A stretch of 64,000 nt of DNA, taken from Phoronis australis (Eukaryota; Animalia; Phoronida). Made by a program: the position numbers and the translations under genes. How positions within the stretch are numbered: position 1 is the stretch's first letter; the number at the start of each line of letters is the position of its first letter. This document shows, piece after piece, positions 38,941-52,100 of this stretch. The DNA lies in NCBI GenBank assembly GCA_002633005.1, contig NMRA01000037.1, positions 310,001 through 374,000 of the forward strand, in the 5' to 3' direction. The notes beneath the pieces are model-generated. The model was not told the DNA's origin and searched no databases. It saw nothing but the letters and a program-made list of their open reading frames with translations.

Positions 38941-39155
38941 TACCGTAAACTCGCGGGTTAACGCCCATGTCTTGGTAATCTCCCATCCCCGAGTTTGGTC
39001 AATTTTTGGTTTAAGCACTCAATGCTTGGGTAATCGCCCACCCCCTGGCTCAGGGTTTCCCAATTTAAGCACTCAATGCTTGGGTAATCGCCCACCCCCT
39101 GGCTCAGGGTTTCCCAATTTAAGCTCCCAAGGCATTGACCCGCGAATTTACGGTA
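38941..39155. mobile_element. pogo/Tc1-mariner-type MITE with CCGTA termini, TA target duplication and an internal 54-bp tandem duplication
   Basis: TA-ccgtaaactcgcgggttaacgcc...ggcattgacccgcgaatttacgg-TA; 54-bp unit repeated at 39011-39124. Confidence 0.85.
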
Positions 39156-39473
39156 AGTACTTTTCTTGGTGTTCTTAAGCAGTCAGTGCTGTTTAGTCTT
39201 TTTACTGAGTCATTAATTTCATTGATCACTGCTAGTTTCTTAAATTTTAATTGTTCTCATTCTGTGTAAATGTAGAGGACTAGATGCCTAGCTGAATCAG
39301 TCGATGTTTTGCTTTCGTCATCAAAATTAATTTTGATGATCACGTGCTTTGTGTTCTTTCTGTTATTTTCAGTCGAGCACTTCACAGATCTCTGATTCAG
39401 TGTCACTCCATTCTTGAACAGTCACTGCAGGTTTTATGAAAAGTTACTTCTGCTTGTCACTCCTCCAGTAGAC

Positions 39474-40124
39474 ATGTTGTCAATACTACGGTTGCTTGAT
39501 GAACTGATCAACTTAGCCACAAATAGCCATCAAGATACATTTGCCCCCGGCGTTTGCGAAACAAATAATGTCAGTCGTGTTAATCAGACTGGAAATTCCT
39601 TCCATAGTGGCGACACCAGTGACGACATCATGAGCGGACTCACCGAGGGTGAACAGAGGTCATCCAATGAAACAAGTGTCAGAGATGACAGCGACACCTG
39701 TTGGACTGATTGCGGTGCTCTTGTGATGGGAGGTCAGAATCTGTTGAATGAAATGGAGAGTGTGAAACTTAATGTGAATTCAACGAGTGCTGCAAACAAT
39801 GATGAGCAAAGTGGTGAATGTTACAGAGAGAATCCACCTGGTGTTGAGGAATATCGTCTGCTACATGGGAGCTGTGAAGACCTTGACTTAACCTTGAAGT
39901 GTAACGGTACTAGTACTAGCATGCAGCAAAGCAAGACAAACTGTAGTGGTGACACTGAGTGGCAGTGTGACAATGTGGAGGCAGAGTATAGCTTGCCGAA
40001 GTTAACGGGTCAGGTCCACTCGATGGCATTGTCAGACATTGCTGGGAAAGCAACGTGCAAGGAAAAAGGATATAACGATAGAGTCACTGAACATAGAGTA
40101 TTCGTTGGCAATATTAGTTATAGG
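39474..40124 (+). CDS. RRM-F-box-LRR exon 1: acidic N-terminus and RNP2
   Basis: Long ORF ending HRVFVGNISYR|gtaagg; in-frame TGA upstream at 39393. Confidence 0.85.
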
Positions 40125-43100
40125 GTAAGGGTGATTGAGGAAAATGGAAAATTTAAATATTTTTGTGGGAACACTGTGCCATTTGGGTACATTTTTAGAA
40201 CAATAGCTTGAAGATATTTGCTGTAAAATAGAACAAAAAATGACAGATGTGAAATTTTTATTTTTTAAAGCAGCACCAAATGAGTACTTTAATTGCAAGT
40301 TTACACCGTAGCTTACGTTGGACGATGTTTTATTAAAATAGTGTGCATCTACAACATTGTTAGAATTAACATTTTTGGAAGTACTCTTTATGAGGGAGCT
40401 AAGGTCTACCAAATAGAGTGGATTTTGTACCATATTGGTTGAGACCAGACTGGGCGCTTGAAATGACTCAACTTTTTGAGTCTGATCTCGAGCAATAACG
40501 ATCTGCCTGTCTGTTTCTCCCAATCTCAGAAATCATTTCTAATTCGAATAAGAACAATTACCTACCATTTTCCTGACGAGTTTCTGGTAGCAGGCTGATG
40601 GTATTGATTCAGTGATGCTGTTCATCTTTCAGGTAAACAAGGAACAGTTATCAGAGTTCTTCTCAAAGTTTGGGACAGTCAACTTCTGCCAAATTGTCAC
40701 AGAGCGAGCAAAAAACAGATCCAAAGGGTGAGTGAATTGTTCACAAATGTGTGTTTGATGTATTTTCTCTTAAAAGCACTTAATGGGGTTTGTCTGCTCA
40801 TATTTTGCCATTTGGATACTAGAACATACTGAGAAGGTTGTGCAGTCTGGTATTGAAACATCTGGTTGTCAAAGGATGTTGTAGTATACTACTTCTTTTC
40901 GTTCACTTTTAAAAATTGCATTTGCACTGTTCAGCTGGCGAACAACGGAAATATTCCTCACTGTGGTAAGATTTTCAAACAAAAGTGGAATCCTATCATG
41001 GTCATGAATATTATGAGACTGATTTTACGAGAATAAAAGATCTAAATTTCATTTTCATTTTTGTAAAGATATATGTAATGCCAGTAAATGTTAAAATGGG
41101 ATTTATCATTTTAACAAGAACTGGGCAGGTATAAAAACATGTTTTGGTTATTGGCTTGTGTAATTGGCTAGTGTAATGGGCTAGTGTAATTGGCTAGTGT
41201 AATGGGCTAGTGTAATTGGCAAGTGTAATTGGCTAGTGTAATGAGCTAGTGTTATGGGCTAGTGTATTTGGCTAGTGTATTCTTTTAGTTTACTAAAGCT
41301 GCTCTAAACCTCTACCTTGTGTCAAAGAAAAAATTTTTGATTTAGATTATTTACTATATAGAATTGGTATCGACCCATTCCTTACACAGATTGGAGAGGA
41401 ATTCTGGATAAGGGAGAGTATTTTTCAGTGCTTGGTAAGCCAACTTGTAGAGCTTGGTCTTGAGCAGTAATGAGCTATCAGTTCTTCATAAGCCCTGAAA
41501 TTCGCTCTAATCTGTAATCTGATTGAGGAACAAATTAAGACCATTTTGATTTTTTATGAGGGAAGGCCACTTTAATTACTCTACTGTTCTCCAGATATGG
41601 CTTTGTCAGCTTTGTGTCCATAGAGGACAGGAAGCGGGCTCTTGAAGCATCCGCAGATGACCTGATCCTGGATGGTCGTGTTGTGAGGGTCCACCCGGCT
41701 GAACAGAAAAGAAGGATCACAGCTCACAGGGAAATGTTGTGGACACCACAGGATACTTGTAGTCATTCAGTAACGTATCAAATTACTTTGGATATGTTCA
41801 GGAATGTAGTAATGTTTGGCTACTATGCCCCACTTGCATATGGGATAAAAGCAACACGTGTCATGTTGCCATTGTATTCACAATGATGTTCATCTCACAA
41901 GTGGATTTATTCGGTGGTTAAGTTTTAGAGCTTGATTAAATTTAGCCTTTATTTAGTGAAGGTAGCTATGTTGAAATAATGCTAATGTTTGTTTTTAAGT
42001 TCATGGTTTTCATTTTCTGAAACATTCTAGTGTTTTAACTTGATACTTTTAGCTTTTAGTATTTAATTTGTTGTCATGGAAACATTATTCAAAGATGTAC
42101 TCTGCACAACTGGTAAATGCTTCGTTGAGTCAGATTTGCTGTGATGTGTAAGCGAAATTGCTTTCTTTTGAAGGTGTCTTTGCCACTTCAGCCATCTGGT
42201 AATGAATGCTTCATTGACAAACTACCTGAAGATTGCTTAAGATTGATATTTGTGAAACTGCCATTCAAACAGAGAATTATAATTGAGAGAGGTGAGAGAC
42301 ATCTGGTGGTACTTGACAACATCATCATCTAAATCAGGCATGATACCTTGCCATTTTTTATGAACTGGTCATAGTTTCTCTTCAATGATCATACTAAATG
42401 TAGTTTGTGAAACGTGAATTGCATCTGATGTGGAAAGTAACAGTATCAGTTATTCAATTGCTGACTTTTACAGTATGCAAGTTGTGGAGGCGGGTTGCCA
42501 TGTCAACATGGTCCTCGTTAGAGACGCTTCACTTCGGAGGATTTTTCAACCACTTTGGTGGTAGGTACTGTTGTTTGTATTTGTTACTTAGCCTCATATG
42601 TATAAATGTCACTTATTTTGTTCATTTGTGAACCTAAGACTGACATTAAATTCTGATAGCGGGCATCCTTTATGAGCAATTAGGGAATAAGAACTCGTGT
42701 AAAAAAAAATTGTGACCCTTAGTGGAATGGGTTCCACCCTCTGAGGGGATTTTTCATATCAAACGAGCTAAAAAGAATTTTCAACAATAGTAAAATTGAG
42801 CATGTGATTTCCTTGTAGGCTTGACGGATAAGATGCTGTTGTCGATACTGTCCCACAGAGGGTGTAGGAATCTCAAAAATCTCGACGTGAGTCATTCGTC
42901 ACGCCTTCTCACTGATTGGAGCGTTGATGTTATTGGTAAGGAAACTGGATTGGATTTTAAACTGCCATTTAGTAATACGATGTGTCTTCTTTACTGAACA
43001 GTGTGTGGTTCTGGACAGCATGGACGATGCTTTATTTACAGTATGTTGTGATAATTTTTTAAAATTGACACTTACTTAAATCATGTGTGTGATCAAAAAA

Positions 43101-46100
43101 GTGTCATATGTTGGACACGCCTAGCATTGAACAGGCAGTTATGGGCTGGCCATCTAACTTTTATTGAAGAATGAGCAATACGTTGTAGTTTGGGATAGTG
43201 TGAAAGGAAGGCTGGTGTAACTGCTGTGTCCTGCATTCTACAGAATTCAGACAGGAAGTGAAGCTATTTTACCATGTACCATGTGGTTACATTTGCAATG
43301 ACGCACCTACTGCACCCTTGTGTGTAAATCTGGCATTAGTTATCTCCCCTTTTTCTATTTCAAAGCTAGAAGGCATACTTATGGCCAAATGTTTACTTTG
43401 GTACTTGTGCTGGTGCAGGTATGTATGTGTCTCATTGCAAAAATTTTTTGCTCTTTTTTGTCATTGTTCTTGACTGATCTACATTTTGAGCAGATATCAA
43501 TGAGTTTTTATGACATTCAATTATGAGGGAGATAACTACCATATGAATGACTTAACCATGTACAAAAGCAGGTATTCCACTGAAGATATGACTACTGATA
43601 TTGTAATTTTTTTTTCTTTTTCCAGCTAAGAACTGTCCTCACATCAGATGTTTGAATCTGTCCAATGTAATGGTCACTAATATGTCATTGAAAACTCTTG
43701 GAAAAATGTGCCCAGAGCTTGAGGTAACTGTTTTTTTTTTGGAAGGGTGATAATTTCTTTATGCTACTGCATTTTACTAAATGTCTGTTGTGTATAAATC
43801 AGTTGAATATACATAAAAGGGAAATCTTTTCAAACTTATGTTTATTAGGTCACGCGAAGACTTATAAATGTTAACATTAAAAATGTATTGTTTTGAAGCT
43901 GCATACCCATCCCTTGTAAATTGTAGTGAGGGAGTGGTGAGCATTTGTCCAACAAAAACTATTGCCACCTAGGGACATATAGTCTCTTTCACCGCTGAAG
44001 TGGAAAAATGCTTAATTAAAACCTTTCATCTTATAGCTCCCAGTTAGCCCCTTGGCTTGACACTGAATTCTAAACTCAGACTCTTAGCATTACTTTTGCC
44101 CTGTTTTGTGTCATATTTTTTGTTTATTTTTTTCAGAAAATTACACTCAAAGCCTGCCTTGACGTTGGTGAAAAGGGGTGAGGGTTTTATTGTTAATTGC
44201 AAAAATTTGTGTTGGGAAACAAGCAATTTAATGACCGTTTTATGCTTCCACATATTCTGTCTGTGCGTCCGGCCTGCATCGTCTGCTGCTATAACTCCTT
44301 GTACTGGATCTTCATGATATTTGGTGGGTGTGTTTCTGTGACGCTGATGACGAATTTTGGACAGATCTCACTTGAATATTTCCTTTCAATGTCATGTAGT
44401 TGTTGTGTACTCTGCGATCGAGGTAAATACGACTTTAATTTATTCTGAATTGGACTATTATACTGGGATATGACGTGCCCACGTTTTGACAACCAGTTTG
44501 TTGTATGTTATACAGTGGAGGAGACTGGTTCTCAAAATGCGGGCATGTTATATTCTACTATTACTCTCAATTGGATAGCTGCAGCAGTAAAAACCCTAAA
44601 CTGATGTTTTGACTTGCAGTCGCATTACAGAGGGAATGTGTGACATTGACTAAGTTTATAATGTTTGAGTTTTATTTCATATCATGTCCTAAGTCGACTG
44701 CACAGGGTACAAGTTCACTTGGTTACAGCGAATGTTTTTTAAAAGTTCCAAGACAGTTCATTGTAACATAGTTTGATTGCTTTAAGCAACTGATTTTAAT
44801 TTAGCAAAGTAAACTAAAACCATTTTGTGCCATGGAGAGTGGCTGTGGTATAATATACTCTCTTGTTGTTCAGGTGTTTTATAAACACACTCAAAACAAA
44901 AACGATATTTTTACTGAGAAAATAATGGCCGATGTGAATTTGAACAGTGTCTTGCTTAGTATAGCACTTGACTTCTGGGTAAGTACTAAATTTCCTGGAG
45001 ATTTTTTAAAGAAGTCCCACCAAGATAAACACCCATAGGGGTTATTTGGAAATAAGGTTTGAAAAAGTCCTCATAAAAGTTCTTTTGGGTTCGTTTTGTA
45101 CGCAAATGAAATGTAAGGGAAATGTGTCAATAATTTGATCCTTTTCACTACTTTTAATTGGGTCACTTGTTAGTGAAGGTGTTGATGAACTTTTTGTCTA
45201 GCTAAACTGCTGATGAAGTGAAGTCGAACTGTTATTTAGAGTCCATTATGGATCAGGGTGCTGCGGTTAGCTATAAAAGTTTCCGAAAGAACCCCATCAC
45301 TGTTTTTCGAAAAGACCCCTGGGTACTTTACTTAAAGAGCTCCCAGGGTCTCTCGGGTATCCAAGGTTTCAGGAGATATATACTGTCTTTTACTTGTTGC
45401 AGTAAAAAAGTTATTTTGTGAAACATGAATAATGGTCTCAAAGTTTTTATTCCGAGTAAAGCAAATTGTTAAAACGAAATTTGTCTTCTTTAAACAAACT
45501 GATGAACAAACTTTGTTGCAAAAATTGCAAGAGAAGGTAAAACTGGGCAATTTACTAATTACATGGGTGGCCAAAGGTTTGCACTGCGGTTTAATGGCTA
45601 CTTTTAAAGTTACAAAATGAAAAGCCACTGGATTTGTTACATCTGAAGAATGCTATGTGATTTAGCTAGACATAATACAGGGCTTGGAATTTTCCTCTTT
45701 TAAGAGGATTTCCTCTTTTATCGTTTCGATTTCCTCTTATTTGATTTCCAGTGTTCTCTATCTTCATCTCTTTTTTATCATTATTTTGTCTTCATTCATG
45801 CAAAATGTTGATTTCAGTTAACTTTCACAAAACATAAGTATTTCTTTCACACAAGCCTATTTGTTTGTGGAACGATACGTCACCTGAAAAATTTTCCATT
45901 GGTCATTCCAAGCACTGACAATACCTGCTGGTGTAGTGTTAGTGTGAAGAGTAGTGATGTCTGGTTGTATATTGCCTCCACTAGCGCTTTCTATTGGCAC
46001 TTTCTTGAACCTCTAATACATCTCTGAAATGATTGATAATAGAGACTAGGTCTGTGTTCACAGACAATTTTGTATCCTGCCTGCTTCAACACACAGGTCA

Positions 46101-49100
46101 GTATTAACAAGTAATTTGTTAGTGGATAAACTTAGACAAAGAATTGCTAATAAATATTCATTTACACGTGACTTGTGTAGATTTTGTCATGTTTGTATTG
46201 TAAACCTGTCAAATTTTCCAATATCTCTGATGTCAATGTATTTGTCTATATCTAGGCTGTGGTGGCTATTTCACAAGTGCAAGCTACTGAAATATCTGGA
46301 CTTGTCTCACCTCAAGAAGTTATCTGGAAAGGTACTTACCTAAATCCAAGCGATACTTATGTGGAAAAGGTACTCATGAGATGTCGTAGGCTTCCACTCA
46401 CTTTTTCTTTGTTTTTATCTTGATTAAAAAACACCATAATTGTACTTTCTGTTGAACAGCTTGCTATACACTTGCTCATACTCTGTGTACAGTTTCTAAT
46501 CTTCCAGTGTGCAGCTGTAAAGCAAATTGCCTATATAATTGAAAATAGTAGCTGTATTTCAAGGGCATATTTCTCCTCTTCAGGCACACGTTGGCAAAAT
46601 GAACATGGTGGAAGCGAAATAAACATTTTTTGAGAAATCCTGACATTTATTTGCCGTGTTTTTGCACATGGTACCTGGAAAATCTTTGCAGTTTCACCAC
46701 ATGATATGAACTGATCCCTCCACAAAACAAATGCCTTGAAAACATTCACGGGCTTCCAAAAGAATATCCATGCACTTTGAAGTACCCCGTTGTTCTCTAG
46801 CCTATTATCAGATAAGTGCCTGTGTTATTTTGTGAACTAATAAAGTGAATTTGTATACAACTTTCCATTTTATTTTCGGGAAATTTCCTCAAATTTTTAA
46901 TCAATAGCTCAGTGTATTCTCAGTGTATGTGTTTCATTTCTGCATGTCTTTTGCAGTGTTTTCACATGTTAGGACCACATGTCATTTGTGCTCTGGTGAA
47001 CGAAACAGAGGTGAGTCACAATATTCATGCATTGACCTTTAACCTGAGTGATTCATTCGGTGTAATTAGGTCGCTGGCCCTTTTTACACATTATTCAAAC
47101 AACACAATTCTCTCCATGGTTACATTGGTTATGACATTAATATCTTGTGATCTCATCAAGCGATCAAAAACAAGTATCATAACTATAGCAATTGAAATGC
47201 TAAATTTTTGCCAAAGGTCCACATGCAAAGATTGCAAGAGACATTGTATACCCGAAACATTTTATGAGATAACAGTCATCCACAGCAACATAGCCAGTAG
47301 ACATAGTTTAACGATTTCTGGAAATTGTGTATTTCAAGCATCCGGAGGTTTGGATAATCGTAGATGCAAGTAAACATTTAGCATCTAACTGAAATCAGCT
47401 GCCAGCTCATGGAGAAGACAATGGCCTGCGTGACAGTCTGGATTCTATATTGGATGACTCGTGTCCCACAAGGTTACACTGCGCACGCATTGACTTTTGC
47501 TATCCGTAAAATGTCGAATGCACAGAGTATTTGACATCTAAGACAGTTTGATTAGAACATAACACATTTCTCTTGTTGCGTGACTGTCCTAGAATAGAGT
47601 ACTGGTTAAGTTCCAATAAGATTTTCCTTTATCGTTAAGCAATCACAGAAACCCATTGCCTGTTATCTACCACACTTATTCTATAAATTCACCTAATTAG
47701 TTTTCATTATAAGAATAGCTTGGTGATGAGTATTGAGCTGGATTTTGTAAAAAAAAATAAAGAACGTTGTTTTTTGACTTGCAGATAATTGATGAGGGCC
47801 TGTCCTTGCTGTGCAATAGATCACGCGGTCTAGTTGAGCTACAGATCAACGAGTGTCTTCGCATCACGTCGCGTGGATTGGCTGCGCTAAATCAGGTGAC
47901 CGTAGAAGTAATCAAATAATAAATATTCTGTCTTGATGGCCATTTTCGCCATACTAGTGATTTGTCTGAGTTGCGATTGTGCCTATAACAAAACAGTCAT
48001 AAATATATTGGTGAAAGCCAGTCTGCCATGGTAGACTCATAGTATATTAAGTTAAGACTGTACTCAGGACTAAAATCGAAATCACGTGTGAGATATTTCG
48101 ACTGGCAACCCGTCCAGCCGACGACAACGCCACCGAGAGAGTAATCAAGACGGCAGGTTGGCGGTCGAAATATTTCACTAATGATTTTCGTTTTAGTCAT
48201 GCGTGCAGTCTATTCATGAATGTATTTACGCTAATGATCATGTTTTTGCTGTATGCTGAAATAGCAAAAACATACTTGATGATCCGTCACCTGAAACTAT
48301 GTACTCTGAAGATTGTCTTCTTAGAAAAACCTGTTAGCCCTGAAAGCTGTTTTATAAGTTGCAAAGAGAGGGACAAAAATCTCGTTCTCACAGAAATCAT
48401 GTTTTCAACAGATTTATGTTGAGTGTCACCTTAGTCCCTCATGAAGGCATTGTTAATAAACATAAACCATAAATCTGACGAACATGTCATAGTGTGATTT
48501 GATCATTTCTGTTTGATGTGTCTATGTGTGCAAGTGCATTATACTGTCAATTTGTCCCTCTGTCCATCATCTCCTGCTGTATCTCTAACTGAGATGATCC
48601 CAACTGACATTAATTTTTGGGTTGGTCCAACAATTGGGGTGCCCCCTATTGGTAGTTTTGTATGACTAGCATAACTGCATTTCATGACATTTCCCTTAAA
48701 TGCTGGAGCAGTTAGTTTTCAAAAATGTTGACAAAATGTCTTCTTATTGAAATTTGGCAAAATTTTGAAGCAGAAATTTCTGGCTAATTTCAGAAAATTA
48801 TTGATTAATGTTACTTTTCGCCCAGTTTCCTTCTTGGTATTCACCATAACTTTGACAATGCCAGACAAATTTTGTTGAAAAACATCAACTTTTTAAAATT
48901 ACTGTAAGCTGTACATGAGGCTCTTCATGTTCAAAGTGTGGAATTCTTTTAGAAAAGTATTTTTGGCATTCAAATATTAGCAGACTTGATATTCACTGGA
49001 AATAGTCCTGTTCACTAACAACCGAAAGCTATTCATCTGCTAGGGAGCGCTCATGGTATCTTGGTCACAGATGATCAAATGACTTTTTGCATTTGTACAA

Positions 49101-52100
49101 ATAGGAAGAGTGTATTACTAGTGCCATCTAGTGAACTTCATGGTTCTCATTGGCTGTCTTTCCTTTGCCAGGTCATAGGTCACAGTCTGAGTGTGCTTCA
49201 CGCAGAGTATTTACCTTCAGGTGAGTTAAGGTGTAATGAATCAACTGTAAAATTTCTTAATTTTTCACACTGTTGTTTGCAGTTGTGTTTTTCAAAGCTG
49301 TATTTTGTCCTGTTAATGTGGTTAAAAACGAAAAGTGAATTAGACTTGTAAAATCAGTCGCGTAATACTGCTCACTGGGACAGGATTCTGTTTTTGTTAC
49401 CAACAAGAACATCGAAGCCATCAGTGTCTTCAGAAAACGCTTTTAGAGTTTAGTGGGGTTGGCCAACCCAGAAATTCAAAACTAGCACGTGTACAAATTG
49501 CCCGTGACTGGAATCCTATCGCAAACTGATTTTATTAAAGTAAAAATCCTTGTCTAGTGGAACTAGAATTTGTTGCCATCTTGGTTTGTCAGCTAACCTG
49601 TTTACACTGTGTTGGTCATCTAACTTATACCTTTGTGAAACATTTCTGTCACTCTTTTTGGTCTTTTTGATATTGATCCCTTTAAAAATTTCAGTGGCAA
49701 CTGATGGTTGGGAAACTCTCAAACACCTGCCTAATTTAACTGAGCTGCACCTACGCAGGAACCCAGGAGTCACAGATGAGGTGTTGGCTATAGTCGGTAA
49801 ACACTGCCATCTATTGAGGTGAGAAGGAATGATGGGAAAATAGGTTTGCACAATATGTGTTACTATGTTCCCGACAGGAAAACATCTAGTTTGCTCTGGT
49901 CAGTTTTTTGCACTTACACATAGATTGTGTGGGTGCGCATTGGTGTCATCTTTGTCTGGGCATCCGCTGCTGTATCTCCTAAACTCCTTGTAAAATCTTC
50001 ATGAAATTATGACAGGTCTTTCCGACTACCATTGTGCCCCCTATTGGCAGTTTTTGCGTATGCAAAATCTTTTAGAAATTTGGCAAGTGCGTTCCTATTA
50101 ACTTATTACTTGACAACAGGTTGACGGATCCAACTACCGCTGTGCCCAACATGTTTTCATGGTATCCTGTGCCACCTAGTGGCCATTTTATGATACTACC
50201 AACCACTCCTTGTACCATACCATTTGCGATGGAGTTGGGAGCACATGTCAGTGCTCCGCATTGCTCTTGTTTAACTAGCTACAATTAGTCACCAAATACA
50301 CTTAAGTTACAATACCCAGGGGAAACTCTCGTTTACTCGTTATGTGTGGACATGTCATTGAGGAGAATAATTCTTTCACTGAGAAAGTCGCTATGGTAAT
50401 GCCATGTGAGATGTTTTCCTACCAAGGTTATGAAGATGGTGAATTATGGTGGCAATAAATATCTATGACAGAGTAGGCAAAAGTCACAGAGGTCCCAGAT
50501 GTTCAGAATCAGTTCGATGCCCATTATTCACTGTGGAAACTGGTTCTCAAAGTCTAGGACCCCTATAAAGTACTTTACCGTAGAGGAGATCTTTCAAATC
50601 TCCCGCAGCACACTTTCATCCAAATTTGTGTCAATTACCCATGATGATTTGATTTTCTTGCTTTTTAATAGCCCTCAACCACATCGGTCCCCTCCCCTCA
50701 ACCACATCATCCCCTAAATATTCTCTCCTGACCATGTTCTTCAGGAAACTGGATATCTCGGCCTGTTCGTCCAGCATAACAGACGAAGGTGTGACATACC
50801 TCGCCTCATGTTCTCTTCTTCAAGTGCTCAAGATAAGCTACCTGGACAAGGTACGTGCTTCTTCAGTATGGTTAAAGCACTGTGATATTAGGTAATGACT
50901 AATTTTGTATTTTGGAAATTCAAGCTTTTCATGTCGTTACTAAGCTTTTTTCTATTATTGATAGCTCTCTTAAATCTTGCGAAATGTCGGTGTTATGTTT
51001 TACTTCGTAGGTTAATGATGGCTGCCTCAGTCCCATTTCTATGAACTGCCCTTTAGAGGTTCTTGAAATGCGCGGCTGTGCACTGGTCACCGATATTGGT
51101 CTTGCCGTCCTAGCCATCCACTGCATAACTCTACAGGAAGTAGATGTCAGCAGCTGTCACAGAGTCACTGAGCGAGCTGTGGAGAACTTTGTTTCGTCTA
51201 GACTCCTACAGGGGCCAGAGCATCCTCTGGAAGTCGTTGTTGGTGGTAAGCATTGAGTTGTGTGTGGTTTCACAAGGCAGAATTCTTGTGAGAGATGAAC
51301 AAGGCCTTTGTAAGGGTATCAGGCAATCGTCCACACAAACCTATGCCCACGGATGACTGAATCATGCATAAAAATGACTGTCACGTGCATAAATAGCTGA
51401 AACTTGTGCATAAATTGTTGAATCCTGTGCCCTAATGATTGAGTTATGCCCACAATTAACTGAATCATGGGCACGAATGACTGTATCACATAACTGAATC
51501 ATGCGTAAGAATGACTGACATCATCGGCTCACATCACTGAGTCATGCGTTCCAACTGCAACATCATTCGCATCGCAAAAACTTGCTTGCCATGCTATGAA
51601 CATTCCCACTAAATAAAATTGGTTCTAACCCCAGTGGTTAAGGTAAACGGTGGGGTATGGAAAATTGAACTAGACCGTATTTATCCACCTTGGCTGAGTC
51701 GCGCTCGGCTCACGATCAAAGGGATGCCGCCAAGCTGCTCTAGTCATCGAGTCACGAGCGAGGATAATTGGCTTCGCTCATGCGGATATGATCAGCTGAT
51801 TACAATCTAGCTAGCAGACTGTACTTTTTATGGAGAGAGTTTTACGTAGTTTTTACTGTAATATTTGAAAAGAGGAGCGAAAACAAATATGAGTACAACT
51901 TTGAATTTTTCAAATCGGCCCAGGATAAGAGATTTTGCAACACAGCAACACTCACGATTACTTTCATTCGGCGCGCACTAATACAAAAATATAGGACCCA
52001 AGTTATTTAGATTTTGGAACNTGATGGCTGCCTCAGTCCCATTTCTGTGAGCTGCCCTTTAGAGGTTCTTGAAATGCGCGGCTGTGCACTGGTCACCGAT

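Noticed and set aside
51350-51550. Degenerate atgactgaatcatg subrepeats as an AP-1 site cluster
   Set aside because: More simply explained as internal subrepeats of a decayed repeat element.
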